A stretch of 64,000 nucleotides of DNA from Bacteroidales bacterium (GCA_050179935.1 JBFXEQ010000010.1:2353-66352); one strand, 5' to 3'; counted from the stretch's first letter, positions 10,252-20,060 are shown. Numbers and translations are program-made. The notes: generated by a model from the letters alone, not told the origin.

Positions 10252-10426
10252 GGGCTGAAGCCCGATCAAACTTGATTCTATTACCCCGACCTTAAGGTCG
10301 GGGTAATAATTAATACGTGACAATGGACTTTAGTCCAATCTATTATTTCCTTTTAGCAACCGCTCATATAATTTCAAAGATTAGTAGTACAATTAATCAA
10401 AGCGGGCCTCATTCGCCCTAAAGGGC
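10252..10426. repeat. Cluster of GC-rich REP-like palindromes
   Basis: GGGCTGAAGCCC (10252-63), perfect 30-bp palindrome TATTACCCCGACCTTAAGGTCGGGGTAATA (10279-10308), TGGACTTTAGTCCA (10324-37), GCCCTAAAGGGC (10415-26). Confidence 0.7.
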
Positions 10427-10448
10427 TCTTTTGTAGCGTTTTATTTCC

Positions 10449-11429
10449 TTAACTATTGCTGGAAAAATATTTCATAAACTGAGCGCGTTCATAGTTTGCT
10501 GCATTTCCAATTTTCCAGTAGCTTAGTTTACCTTTAAAATCATTCAAGGTTTTGTAATTTTTTTGTTGCATCCAGACTTCAATATTTTTATTCATCTCAG
10601 CAACCATAGAAACATCGTTTTTGTACAAAACGCTTGCAATTTGAACAACATCGGCACCTGCAAGCAGATTTTTAATTACTGCTTCAGAATCATGTATTCC
10701 GCCACTGGCTGATAAGCTTTTACTTATTATGGGGCGCAAAATGCCCAACCATCGCTGAATAAAATAATTGTCGGATGGTTCACTGAACGACCCTGCTGAT
10801 TTTACTTTCTCTTCGTTAATATCAATATCGGGATTAAAGAATCTGTTGAATAGTACAAGCGAATCAACTTTGTCTGCAAACTTTTTAGCAATATGTGCCA
10901 TATCGGTAAAGTAGTGGTGCATCTTTAGTGCAATCGGCAATTTGGTTTGATTTCTTACATTATCAAGAATCGAAAAATAAACCTGTTCTATGTCGGCTGC
11001 TGATTTGGCACTATCCGATGGCAAAATAAAAATATTCAGTTCAATGGCATCGGCACCAGCTTTTTCAAGAACGTTTACATATTCTGTCCAGCCTTCACTT
11101 GTTGAGCAATGGATTGATGCAATAATTGGAATGTCAACCTGCTTTTTAGCTTCCTTTATAAGTTGAATATGCTTGTCAAGCTCATGCTTTTTAGTATAAT
11201 ATGAGATATAATTCTCGGTATCGGTGTAGGTATTAAACATGTTGTTTACCTGCAAAGAATCAATCTCCATGCGTATTTGCTCTTCGAAAATCGATTTCAG
11301 AACAATAGCACCACAACCTGCATTTGCCAGTTTTACAATCTGGTCGATATTCGATGTAAAATCGCTGCTCGAAGCAATAATGGGACTTTTCAGGGTTAAT
11401 CCCATGTATTTTGTTGAAATATCTGCCAT
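10449..11429 (-). CDS. Dihydroorotate dehydrogenase-like FMN protein (DHOD-like subfamily)
   Basis: YMGLTLKSPIIASS, VLKSIFEEQI, ELNIF, LFNRF, SGGIH...AGADVVQIAS. Lacks the ELNxSCPN catalytic Cys. Confidence 0.85.
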   Translation of the reverse strand: MADISTKYMGLTLKSPIIASSSDFTSNIDQIVKLANAGCGAIVLKSIFEEQIRMEIDSLQVNNMFNTYTDTENYISYYTKKHELDKHIQLIKEAKKQVDIPIIASIHCSTSEGWTEYVNVLEKAGADAIELNIFILPSDSAKSAADIEQVYFSILDNVRNQTKLPIALKMHHYFTDMAHIAKKFADKVDSLVLFNRFFNPDIDINEEKVKSAGSFSEPSDNYFIQRWLGILRPIISKSLSASGGIHDSEAVIKNLLAGADVVQIASVLYKNDVSMVAEMNKNIEVWMQQKNYKTLNDFKGKLSYWKIGNAANYERAQFMKYFSSNS

Positions 11430-11441
11430 GTTAGTTATTTT

Positions 11442-13241
11442 TTATTGTACTGAATTTAAATACTGATCAATTCCTTTCGCTGCTTTATGTCCATTTGCAA
11501 CACCATGAATCACATCCGGACCTTCGATAATATCGCCGCCCAAAAATAACCAAGGAATGCTCGATTGGTAAGTTAATGTATCTACCAATATTCTTCCACG
11601 ATGATCTTTTTCCAGTTGTTCTGCATACTGTGGTGTAATATATTTCAGGTTCATTCCTTGCCCAATAGATTCAACAATCATATCGGCTTCGAAGAAATTT
11701 TCCTGTTTTTCATCGAATGTAGGATTAAAACGACCCGACTGATCAAAAACAGAAAGGCATTTTACCACTTTCAATCCGGTAATTTTGCCATCTTTAAGAA
11801 TCACTTCACGTGGTCCCCACCCAGGATGAATAATAGCATTCTCTTCACGTGCTTCAACAATCTCTTCTCTATCAGCAGGCATAATATCTTCGGTTTCCAA
11901 TGATGTTGCAATAACCTGTACTTTTCCGTATTTCTGTTTTTGCATACGAGCCAGTGAGCGGGTAATATCCATTGCAACATTACCACCACCAATAACAACA
12001 ATCTTTTCAGCAACTTCGATTGGTTCATTATCGGTAATTTTTCGCAACAATTCAATAGCCTGATAAACACTCTTATGCTCGGTTCCCGGGACACGTGTAC
12101 TGCGTCCTTCGTGTAAACCTGTTGCTGCATATATTGCATTATACTCCGATTGAAGTTTTTCAAGTGTAATATCTTTTCCTACTTCGGTATTGTATTTAAT
12201 ATCAACACCAAGTGACAAAATGTAATTGATATCTTTATCCAACTGATCGTATGGCAGCCTGTATTCAGGAATTCCATAACGCATCATACCACCGGCAGCA
12301 GAAAGTTTCTCAAATATGGTAACCTGATATCCCATAAGCGATAAATAGTAAGCTGCACTTAAACCTGCTGGTCCGGCACCAATAATGGCAACTTTTCTTC
12401 CGTTCTTTTCGATTCCATCTTGCAGTAACACTTTGTGGTATTCTGATTCCGGAATCTGATCGGCTATATATCGTTTTAGCCAGCGAATAGAAATAGGTTC
12501 TCCACGATGTCCAAGCGAACAAACAGTTTCGCATTTATGAGTACATATACGTCCGCAAATCTCAGGTAATGGATTGGTTTCGTACATAATACGAAGTCCT
12601 TCTTCCAGGTTATCCTGACGAATAGTTTTAATATATTCAGGTATTCCCATGTGAGCAGGGCAGGTAGCAATACAAATTCCGCATGATACACAACGATCGG
12701 CTTCGGCCATGGCTTCTTCCCTTGAGTATCCTTTCATAATTTCTATAAACGAATTATCTCTCTGTTCAGGATGAAGATGCTGCATATCAATTCTTTCCAA
12801 AGGATATAATTCTAACCCTTCAGCTTTCTTGTATCCTTTTTCTGCGTTGTCCCAGGGTTTGATATCAACACCGGGAATAAAACGGAATACATCAGGATCT
12901 GTATCAACCCAGGTGTAAACATTCGATAATTTGAGCGATCCGGTTGTGCATACATCAACACATAAAGCACACCAGCAACAACGGCCATAATCAACCCGAG
13001 GTCTTAGTCCGCTGTCGCCATCTTTGGTTTTTATATTTTCAACCGGAACTAAATCGATGGCTTCGTTTTCGCAAATCGCTTCGCATGAACCGCATCCGAT
13101 GCATTTCTCAATATCATTTTGGTGAAATCCTCTATATCGATCAGCTCCGGGACGGTTTAGCGGATCTTTTATAGTTACAGGTTCCTTAAAAAAGTGTTTC
13201 CAAACGGTAAACGGACTCAATATATCTCTCAGTGTTCCCAT
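11442..13241 (-). CDS. NuoI/MbxN-like 2x[4Fe-4S] domain fused to a GltD/NfnB/PreT-like FAD-NAD(P) oxidoreductase
   Basis: RYRGFH...CIGCGSCEAIC and CCWCALCVDVC, then CVSCGICIATCP, CGRICTHKCETVC, GAGPAGL, GGMMRYGIPEYRLP, GGGNVAMD. Confidence 0.9.
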   Translation of the reverse strand: MGTLRDILSPFTVWKHFFKEPVTIKDPLNRPGADRYRGFHQNDIEKCIGCGSCEAICENEAIDLVPVENIKTKDGDSGLRPRVDYGRCCWCALCVDVCTTGSLKLSNVYTWVDTDPDVFRFIPGVDIKPWDNAEKGYKKAEGLELYPLERIDMQHLHPEQRDNSFIEIMKGYSREEAMAEADRCVSCGICIATCPAHMGIPEYIKTIRQDNLEEGLRIMYETNPLPEICGRICTHKCETVCSLGHRGEPISIRWLKRYIADQIPESEYHKVLLQDGIEKNGRKVAIIGAGPAGLSAAYYLSLMGYQVTIFEKLSAAGGMMRYGIPEYRLPYDQLDKDINYILSLGVDIKYNTEVGKDITLEKLQSEYNAIYAATGLHEGRSTRVPGTEHKSVYQAIELLRKITDNEPIEVAEKIVVIGGGNVAMDITRSLARMQKQKYGKVQVIATSLETEDIMPADREEIVEAREENAIIHPGWGPREVILKDGKITGLKVVKCLSVFDQSGRFNPTFDEKQENFFEADMIVESIGQGMNLKYITPQYAEQLEKDHRGRILVDTLTYQSSIPWLFLGGDIIEGPDVIHGVANGHKAAKGIDQYLNSVQ

Positions 13242-13246
13242 ATAAA

Positions 13247-14440
13247 TTATCTTTCTATTTCAGGTGGATAAGTGTGTAGTGAAACCATAATTTGTGCTAC
13301 ATCAGAGATGTTTGCATTGATTAGCATTTTCTCGAGTAATGCTACAGCATGTGTATAACTCGGGCCTCGAACATTTACGCGTCGTGGATACCCTGAACCA
13401 TCTGATACCAGATAATATCCATATTCGCCACGTGTACATTCGCTACGTACATAAGTTTCGCCGGCAGGTATTTCTAAATTAAAAACATTGGGTATTGATG
13501 CCATAAACTCGCCTTTTTTAGGCATTTTATTGAGAATCTGACGAATCAAATCAACATCGGTCAGCAGTTCTTCGTAACGCAAATAAACTCGTGCATAAAT
13601 ATCGCTGTCGGTTGCCGTTTTAACATCAAAATCCAATTCGGCGTATTTTCCATAGGGATAATCTTTCCGAACATCTAATGGTACTCCAGCAGCTCGTGCA
13701 TTTGGACCAACAATTCCGTATTGGTAAACCCACGATGGATCAATTATTGCAATCCCTTTGGTTCGTTTTTTAAATACATAATTATCAAATAATACGCGAC
13801 GGATATCTTTCATAAATCCTTCAATCTCTTTTAGGTTTGCTTCCATGCGGTCAGCGAAACCATCTGGAAGATCATTACGAACGCCGCCCTGCAAAATATA
13901 AATATGATAAATACGAGCTCCTGTAAGTTCTTCGAAACGATCCAAAATTAAATCACGCAAGTAATTCGACCACTGACCAACAGTGCCAAAGCCTAAAGCT
14001 CCTGACATACCACCAATCCACATTAAATATCCCTGCAGACGAGCCATTTCTAAAACAAGTGTTCGTAACCACATTGCTTTTTCAGGTGCCTGAATTCCGG
14101 TAAGATTTTCAATAGCAGTAGCATAATTGAATTCGTTATAATCAGGCTCGGGAACAGCTATTCGGCACACCAAAGGGAAGTTCTGAATATATTTTCTTCG
14201 TTCCATCAATTTCTCAAAACCACGGTGCAGATATCCAACATGTGTTTTAGCTTCCACCACTTCGTCGGCACAAACAGTTAATTCAACCGACATGTTTCCG
14301 GTAATTCCGGGATGGTTTGGGCCATGCCAAAGCTTTATATACTTATGCGATGTTAAATCAATATCTAAACTGCCATCAGGTAGTGTTTGAGGGTACAAGT
14401 CACGGTCGCCGTCAAACGAGAATTTTCCTGTTTTATTCAT
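13247..14440 (-). CDS. mbxL: NuoD-like large subunit of an Mbx/MBS-type complex (no NiFe motifs)
   Basis: HGPNHPG, GYLHRGFEK, CRIAVPEPD, FEELTGARI, RGEYGYY, RGPS, C-terminal YPPEIER. Confidence 0.85.
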   Translation of the reverse strand: MNKTGKFSFDGDRDLYPQTLPDGSLDIDLTSHKYIKLWHGPNHPGITGNMSVELTVCADEVVEAKTHVGYLHRGFEKLMERRKYIQNFPLVCRIAVPEPDYNEFNYATAIENLTGIQAPEKAMWLRTLVLEMARLQGYLMWIGGMSGALGFGTVGQWSNYLRDLILDRFEELTGARIYHIYILQGGVRNDLPDGFADRMEANLKEIEGFMKDIRRVLFDNYVFKKRTKGIAIIDPSWVYQYGIVGPNARAAGVPLDVRKDYPYGKYAELDFDVKTATDSDIYARVYLRYEELLTDVDLIRQILNKMPKKGEFMASIPNVFNLEIPAGETYVRSECTRGEYGYYLVSDGSGYPRRVNVRGPSYTHAVALLEKMLINANISDVAQIMVSLHTYPPEIER

Positions 14441-14963
14441 TGGGATAAAGTTTATTTTTCATGTGTACAGCGGGATCGTTTGTTGTTCTCTCTCCGCGTT
14501 GGTGATAAAACGAATCGGAATATGCTTTTGTGTCGAAATCGCGACGGTAAGGAGGAATTCCTTCCCAGCCTTCCAGAATAAACGGTTCATCAACACGTGG
14601 ACTGCCCGGGAAATCTATTCCGAACATCTCTTTTAGCTCGCGCTGGTAGGTAGCAATGGTTGGCCACAGATGATGAGCCGAATCCATTGTCGCATTTTCG
14701 CGCGAAATAAGTGTTCTTACACCAATATCACATTTCAGTGTTGGATTGTTTAACAGATACGTTAATTGAAAATTGCCATCTTCAATATAATCAACCGCTG
14801 TAAGCAATACCAGATGTTTAAATCCGAGATTGTCATGCAGGCAATGAACCACATTTACTGCTTGTTTCTTGTCTACAGTAATAAACATCTGGTTATCCGA
14901 TTTAGGCGATTTCACGCTTATCGTAAACTGAACTTCTAATTTATCTAATATCTCTTGAAACAT
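14433..14963 (-). CDS. mbxK: NuoC-like subunit
   Basis: LTAVDY, YQRELKEMFGIDFPG, PPYRRDF. Confidence 0.85.
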   Translation of the reverse strand: MFQEILDKLEVQFTISVKSPKSDNQMFITVDKKQAVNVVHCLHDNLGFKHLVLLTAVDYIEDGNFQLTYLLNNPTLKCDIGVRTLISRENATMDSAHHLWPTIATYQRELKEMFGIDFPGSPRVDEPFILEGWEGIPPYRRDFDTKAYSDSFYHQRGERTTNDPAVHMKNKLYPNE

Positions 14964-14974
14964 AATTTACTATT

Positions 14975-15616
14975 TTACCAGTTATAATCGGGCATATTCC
15001 AATCGCGAATAACAGCTTTCTGATTTGCTTTGTACCAGTCGAACCGGTTTGCATAATCGTTTGCACCTTCAGCTTTTCCGGCTTTAATTACTTCTTTTAG
15101 TTTGTTAAATCCTGCAATCAGCGCTTCGGGTCGTGGCATACATCCTGCAATATAAACATCAACAGGAAGATAATAGTCTAATCGTTTTATGGTATTGTAA
15201 CTATCGAAATACATTCCACCATTAATTGTACAACTACCTAATCCGATAACATATTTGGGGTTTTGCATTTGTTCATAAACACGAATTACCCGTTTTAATG
15301 TTTTGGTTGATAAATATCCCGAAACGATAAGCAGATTTGCCTGACGTGGAGTTGGTCGCCATTGAATACCAAAGCGGTATGCATCAAAGCGAGGTGTCAT
15401 CAACGGACGCATCTCAATAGCCCCACAACCGGTTCCGAAACCAAGAATCCAGATGCTTTCTGAGCGAGCCCAGTTGTAAAACTTTTCCAGTATTCCTTTT
15501 ACGGGTTTTACATCTTCTGGCCTGTCCTGACAGAAATAATCCTGCATGGGATCAACTTCGAACTCTTCGCCATCAGGAGATATTACTGTTTTTTTCTTTA
15601 AATCTTCTAAACTCAT
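14975..15616 (-). CDS. mbxJ: NuoB-like Fe-S subunit
   Basis: GTGCGAIEM, TPRQANLL, YEQMQNPKYVIGLGSC, PVDVYIAGCMPRPEA. Confidence 0.9.
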   Translation of the reverse strand: MSLEDLKKKTVISPDGEEFEVDPMQDYFCQDRPEDVKPVKGILEKFYNWARSESIWILGFGTGCGAIEMRPLMTPRFDAYRFGIQWRPTPRQANLLIVSGYLSTKTLKRVIRVYEQMQNPKYVIGLGSCTINGGMYFDSYNTIKRLDYYLPVDVYIAGCMPRPEALIAGFNKLKEVIKAGKAEGANDYANRFDWYKANQKAVIRDWNMPDYNW

Positions 15617-15625
15617 ATCGTGTTA

Positions 15626-16534
15626 TTATAAGAAAAATTGTACGTATGCAATAGCTAATAATCCAATTAAAAGAGGAACTCTTAGAAACCAACGAATGGA
15701 TTGCTCTACTTTAAACCTTGGGAATGAAACACCAACAAATACAGACCACATAATAATTAAGAATGTTTTAAGCATCATTTCACCAAAGTTTGTAGCACCA
15801 CCAAAAAACAGGTTCATAAACAAAACCGCTTTGGCCAATGGGAAGATAGCTCTGTTACTTTGCAAGAAAACCAAATAATTGGAGTGATATTCTGTTGGCG
15901 GACCAATTGGAATTTCCTGTGGTGCCAGAACAACATCAAATGGAGGACGCATAAATGAACCAAGAACTGCTAACATAGCTGCAATAACTGCAAATGGATT
16001 TGTAAATAATGTCCAGCTTAAGATACCCCCTTGTTGAGCGGCAACAATTTCATGTAACGAAAGAGTATTGTACTGAATAGCAACAGCCATTAGAGCAAGA
16101 ATAAAAGGTACTTCAACTGCAGTCATTTGAGCTAATCCACGAGTAACACCAATAGCTGAATGTGGATGTCCGCTTTCGCCGGCTCCTAATGCCATTCCTA
16201 ACGTTCCGAAAAATTGGAATGATAGTAATAACAATAAATCACCCGAAAAGGAGAAGTTGCTAAACATTTCTGAACCAAAAAGTAAAGGCATAAACAGAAA
16301 CAAGCCTATTCCACCTGTAAATCGAAATACAGGGCCTAAATAAAACATTACTCCATGACGAATATTGGTTCTTAAAGCAAGGGCTTTAAACAAGTCTATA
16401 TACATTTGATAAAATGGAATTCCATGCCGTCTGCCAACACGGGCATATATCTTTCGTATTAGTCCATTTAACAAATATCCGTAGTTTAATGTAAGAAATA
16501 CAGATATAAAGGCAAATAGTATTTTCTCTCCCAT
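15626..16534 (-). CDS. mbxM: NuoH-like membrane subunit
   Basis: RKIYARVGRRHG..FYQ...DLFK, RPPFD...GPPTEY, PRFKVEQ; multiple TM helices. Confidence 0.88.
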   Translation of the reverse strand: MGEKILFAFISVFLTLNYGYLLNGLIRKIYARVGRRHGIPFYQMYIDLFKALALRTNIRHGVMFYLGPVFRFTGGIGLFLFMPLLFGSEMFSNFSFSGDLLLLLSFQFFGTLGMALGAGESGHPHSAIGVTRGLAQMTAVEVPFILALMAVAIQYNTLSLHEIVAAQQGGILSWTLFTNPFAVIAAMLAVLGSFMRPPFDVVLAPQEIPIGPPTEYHSNYLVFLQSNRAIFPLAKAVLFMNLFFGGATNFGEMMLKTFLIIMWSVFVGVSFPRFKVEQSIRWFLRVPLLIGLLAIAYVQFFL

Positions 16535-16537
16535 AGC

Positions 16538-19500
16538 TTAAAATCCTCCAAATAAAATGTAGAAACAAAATAGGAAAAACAATAAAATATGTAACAGGTA
16601 AGTTTGACCGTTACCATTATATATCAACCTGATTTGATGAGCAATATCGTGAAATAATTCAGAAATCCAGTTCCAGAATCTGGTGGCCCAGGGATATACT
16701 AAAAATCCGAGAGCCTTATTGTAATGTGCATAAAAATTATACGCATGATGCGTTGTTTCTGGAGTTGAAGGTCTTTCTGCAGAATAAACTATATTAAACT
16801 GACCAACTCTTTTGTTTTTGCGTTGTATTAAAAATTGAATTGCTAATAGGATTGCAAAAATCCCCATTGATATAATCATAACATACGTTCCATTCCAATA
16901 ACCATAAGGGCTTATAGCTGTTCTTGCTCCAAAGGATAATGCACTATCAACCCATTGTAAGGCACCTGCAGGAAATGTTTTACTAAGCATTACACCTATG
17001 CGTTCGAGTAAAATACCTGGTATGGTTGAAACAATCATAATAAATAAAATAATAATAAATTGAGGTAGTAAAATCCAGAATGATGCTTCTTTTACTTTTC
17101 GCAAATGGTCTTTTAACTGACCTAAGAATGGGGCATGTATCAATCTGAAAAGATAAAGGAAAGAAATTGCTCCAGCCAATACCATCGCTGCACCTTGCAA
17201 ATAATATTTTGTTTCTAAAACTGCATTAAATGAAATCCACTTACCTGAAAATCCTGATAAAGGTGGAACGCCTGACATGGCAATAATACCAATCAAAACA
17301 ACAATAAATGTATATGGCATTCGGAAAATAAGTCCGCCCATGCGATACATTCGTCGGTCGTGTGTGCGCGAGTAAACACCACCCACAGCCTGAAATAACA
17401 TGGTTTTATATAAGAAGTGCATGATTGATCCTGATATTGCAAGCAGCCAACCCAGGTGAGACATAAGTGATAATCCAAAAAGAATAAATCCAAGTTGTCC
17501 AACACTTGAGTATGCTAGCAGTCGTTTAATATCTTCCTGCATCGAAGCCATCAGGTTTCCACCAATTGCAGTAACAACAGCAATCCAGCTTAAAACATAC
17601 ATTAAGTCGATTCCACCAATACACTGAGTACCCATTCTCATAAATAGAATAATAAGTCCGTATACTCCGGCTTTTAACAAAATTCCTGATACCATAGGCG
17701 AAACATCAGCTTCGGCTTCGCTGTGTGCTCCGGGTAACCAGATATGCAATCCAATGGCGGCAGTTTTGGTTAAAAATCCAATGGTGAGCATTATAAAAAT
17801 TAGTGCTGATAATGAAGAGGTCATTATCAGGGCATCAAGCGTAAATAAACCTGTTATTGCGTTTGCCATTGCGAAACCTGCAAGAATTAACAAAGCTCCA
17901 CCAACGCTAAATAACATGTAACTTAAAGCATGTGGTTGTGCATATTTTCCCCTTAAAATTAAGAAGTACGAACCGGCAGTCATTATTTCCCAGGCAATAA
18001 AGAATTCAAGAAGAGTATTTGCTTCAACAAGCATGATTAAACCGGCAAACATCATAGTTGCTAAAGGATAGAATCCCGGTCGTTTTCCTTTTTCTGAATA
18101 GCCATAAAGCAAGGTTAATAGTGCTCCAGACATAAAAATTAAACCAAAGATTAACTGAAAATCTTGCAGTAATGGAAGTTTAAAATAGGAATAAACAATA
18201 ACCGCAGCAATCAGTAAAGTATTTTTAATCCAAACCGGCAAGAAATCGATAGCATAAAAAGCTACAACTGCCAGCAATGGAATATAATTTATATAAACCG
18301 GATAATTTAAAAACTGGGTAGCATAATATCCAACAGCAAATAATGATATACCTAATAAAGTGGTTGGGATTATTTTGCCCAAATTAAACTCAGGAATAAC
18401 TTTTTCTTCGGAAACTTCTGTTTTGGCAGCAATACCGAACCATCTGAACAGATACACTGCTTCGAGCATTGAACCTAAAAGTATTGTGCCCATCCAGAAA
18501 TACTGTTGATGTTTTGCAAGAGCTAACATCAATTCCCATTTAGCATAAAATGATGGGAATGGAGGGAAGGCCGATAATGCAAATACAAAAACACCGAATA
18601 ATACCAATAGAAATGGCTTTTTTTGAAGTATTGCCCAACTTTCCAGCGTACTGCCTTTTATCATTCCCGACAACCAGAACAATCCTATCTTGGCCAGAAA
18701 GTGGGTAATTAAAATTCCAAAAGCAATAGTAATAGCAAAATCACCAATTATCGGTTTTAAACCCATTATTGCAATTACCAATCCTATTTGACCAATGGAT
18801 GAATATCCCAACAAACGATTCGGATTTTTTTGCATTAATCCCATCCAGTTCGAGAACAGAAATGTTAATGCTCCGATTATGGTTAGCATAGTAAATATTT
18901 GCGTATTGGCAACAACCAAAAACTTGTTTAATAAAAATAACATTGCTGTTGCCACTCCACCTGAGATTATAGCTCCAATGGCAGGATTGGCTCCTTCGTA
19001 AACATCCAACGCCCATCCGTTTGCCGGAAATGGTTTTAATTCTAAAACAATTGGCATAAGCATCATAAATACAGCTGCCATGGCCATAGGGGTGGTAACA
19101 AATTCAGCTCCGGCTAAGTCATTAAGAAATAATGTCCCGGTTGTAAAATAAATCAATACAACTCCAAGCAAGTAAATTGAAGAGATTAAACTCGTGGCCA
19201 ACAGGTATTTAAATCCTGCGCTATGTGAATTGTTATTTTTATCGAGAAGAATCAGTCCGGATGTTGCAATAGCAGTTATCTCGAGCCATACAAATATGTT
19301 GAATATATCTCTGGCAAAAACAATCATGTTTAGCGACATGAACAGAATCATGAGAACACCACCAAGCGTTGAAGAATCAGAATTTATTCGTTTCCAGAGA
19401 TAAATCACAGAAAGCAGTCCCAAAATATTTATAAGCAAGCTGATAATGGCTTCGTGATATCCAATGGATAAACTTATAGAAAAAGGAGGCTGAAATCCTG

Positions 19501-19690
19501 CAGAGTAAATAAGAACATCTGATAATTCACCGGAAAAGAAAGCACTTATCCATGTAAATGAGAAATAGGTAAAAAAGGCAAATGCAAGCATTACCAGTAC
19601 AGCAGTAATATTCTGCAGTTTTTTACCTGTAAGTCCGAGTAAGAAACCCAGACCTAATCCGACTGCTAGTAAATAGAAAGGGCTTACCAT
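16538..19690 (-). CDS. Proton-translocating antiporter-like subunit containing two fused MrpD/NuoL-M-N-type modules (MbxH+H'-like)
   Basis: 1050 aa, highly hydrophobic, with two motif sets: FNIFVWLEI/LKPFPANGW/RLLGYSSIGQ and FFIAWEIM/KTAAIGLHIWLPGAH/RLLAYSSVGQ/GVPPLSGFSGKW. Confidence 0.88.
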   Translation of the reverse strand: MVSPFYLLAVGLGLGFLLGLTGKKLQNITAVLVMLAFAFFTYFSFTWISAFFSGELSDVLIYSAGFQPPFSISLSIGYHEAIISLLINILGLLSVIYLWKRINSDSSTLGGVLMILFMSLNMIVFARDIFNIFVWLEITAIATSGLILLDKNNNSHSAGFKYLLATSLISSIYLLGVVLIYFTTGTLFLNDLAGAEFVTTPMAMAAVFMMLMPIVLELKPFPANGWALDVYEGANPAIGAIISGGVATAMLFLLNKFLVVANTQIFTMLTIIGALTFLFSNWMGLMQKNPNRLLGYSSIGQIGLVIAIMGLKPIIGDFAITIAFGILITHFLAKIGLFWLSGMIKGSTLESWAILQKKPFLLVLFGVFVFALSAFPPFPSFYAKWELMLALAKHQQYFWMGTILLGSMLEAVYLFRWFGIAAKTEVSEEKVIPEFNLGKIIPTTLLGISLFAVGYYATQFLNYPVYINYIPLLAVVAFYAIDFLPVWIKNTLLIAAVIVYSYFKLPLLQDFQLIFGLIFMSGALLTLLYGYSEKGKRPGFYPLATMMFAGLIMLVEANTLLEFFIAWEIMTAGSYFLILRGKYAQPHALSYMLFSVGGALLILAGFAMANAITGLFTLDALIMTSSLSALIFIMLTIGFLTKTAAIGLHIWLPGAHSEAEADVSPMVSGILLKAGVYGLIILFMRMGTQCIGGIDLMYVLSWIAVVTAIGGNLMASMQEDIKRLLAYSSVGQLGFILFGLSLMSHLGWLLAISGSIMHFLYKTMLFQAVGGVYSRTHDRRMYRMGGLIFRMPYTFIVVLIGIIAMSGVPPLSGFSGKWISFNAVLETKYYLQGAAMVLAGAISFLYLFRLIHAPFLGQLKDHLRKVKEASFWILLPQFIIILFIMIVSTIPGILLERIGVMLSKTFPAGALQWVDSALSFGARTAISPYGYWNGTYVMIISMGIFAILLAIQFLIQRKNKRVGQFNIVYSAERPSTPETTHHAYNFYAHYNKALGFLVYPWATRFWNWISELFHDIAHQIRLIYNGNGQTYLLHILLFFLFCFYILFGGF

Positions 19691-20058
19691 TTTAAATCAG
19701 TGAATTCGTTAATATCTAATGTTTTTTTATACTGATGCAACTTAAGTGCATATACAAGCATTAATGCAGTTACTCCAAACCCAATAACAATGGCGGTTAA
19801 AACCAATGCTTGCGGAACAGGATCTATGGCTGTGGTTGCAATATTCTGAGCAGTAACTTTTGTTCCATCAATTATGGGAGCTGCTCTTCCCGGCAAGTAA
19901 CCCAATGAAACAATTAAAATGTTTAATCCGGTATCGAAAATGGCTAATGATACAATCATTTTTAAAATGTTCTTCTTAGCCAATACGCCCCATAATCCGA
20001 TAAGCATTAATACAATGCCTAGTCCTATGGATATTTTATCAACGGTAATGATTCCCAT
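19684..20058 (-). CDS. mnhC: Mrp subunit C (MbxG-like)
   Basis: NILKMIVSL, DPVPQALVLTAIVIGFG. Confidence 0.92.
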   Translation of the reverse strand: MGIITVDKISIGLGIVLMLIGLWGVLAKKNILKMIVSLAIFDTGLNILIVSLGYLPGRAAPIIDGTKVTAQNIATTAIDPVPQALVLTAIVIGFGVTALMLVYALKLHQYKKTLDINEFTDLKW

Positions 20059-20060
20059 AG

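Noticed and set aside
10129-10323. 64-aa intergenic ORF
   Set aside because: It runs through the palindrome cluster and has no protein-like motif; probably a by-product of the repeats.
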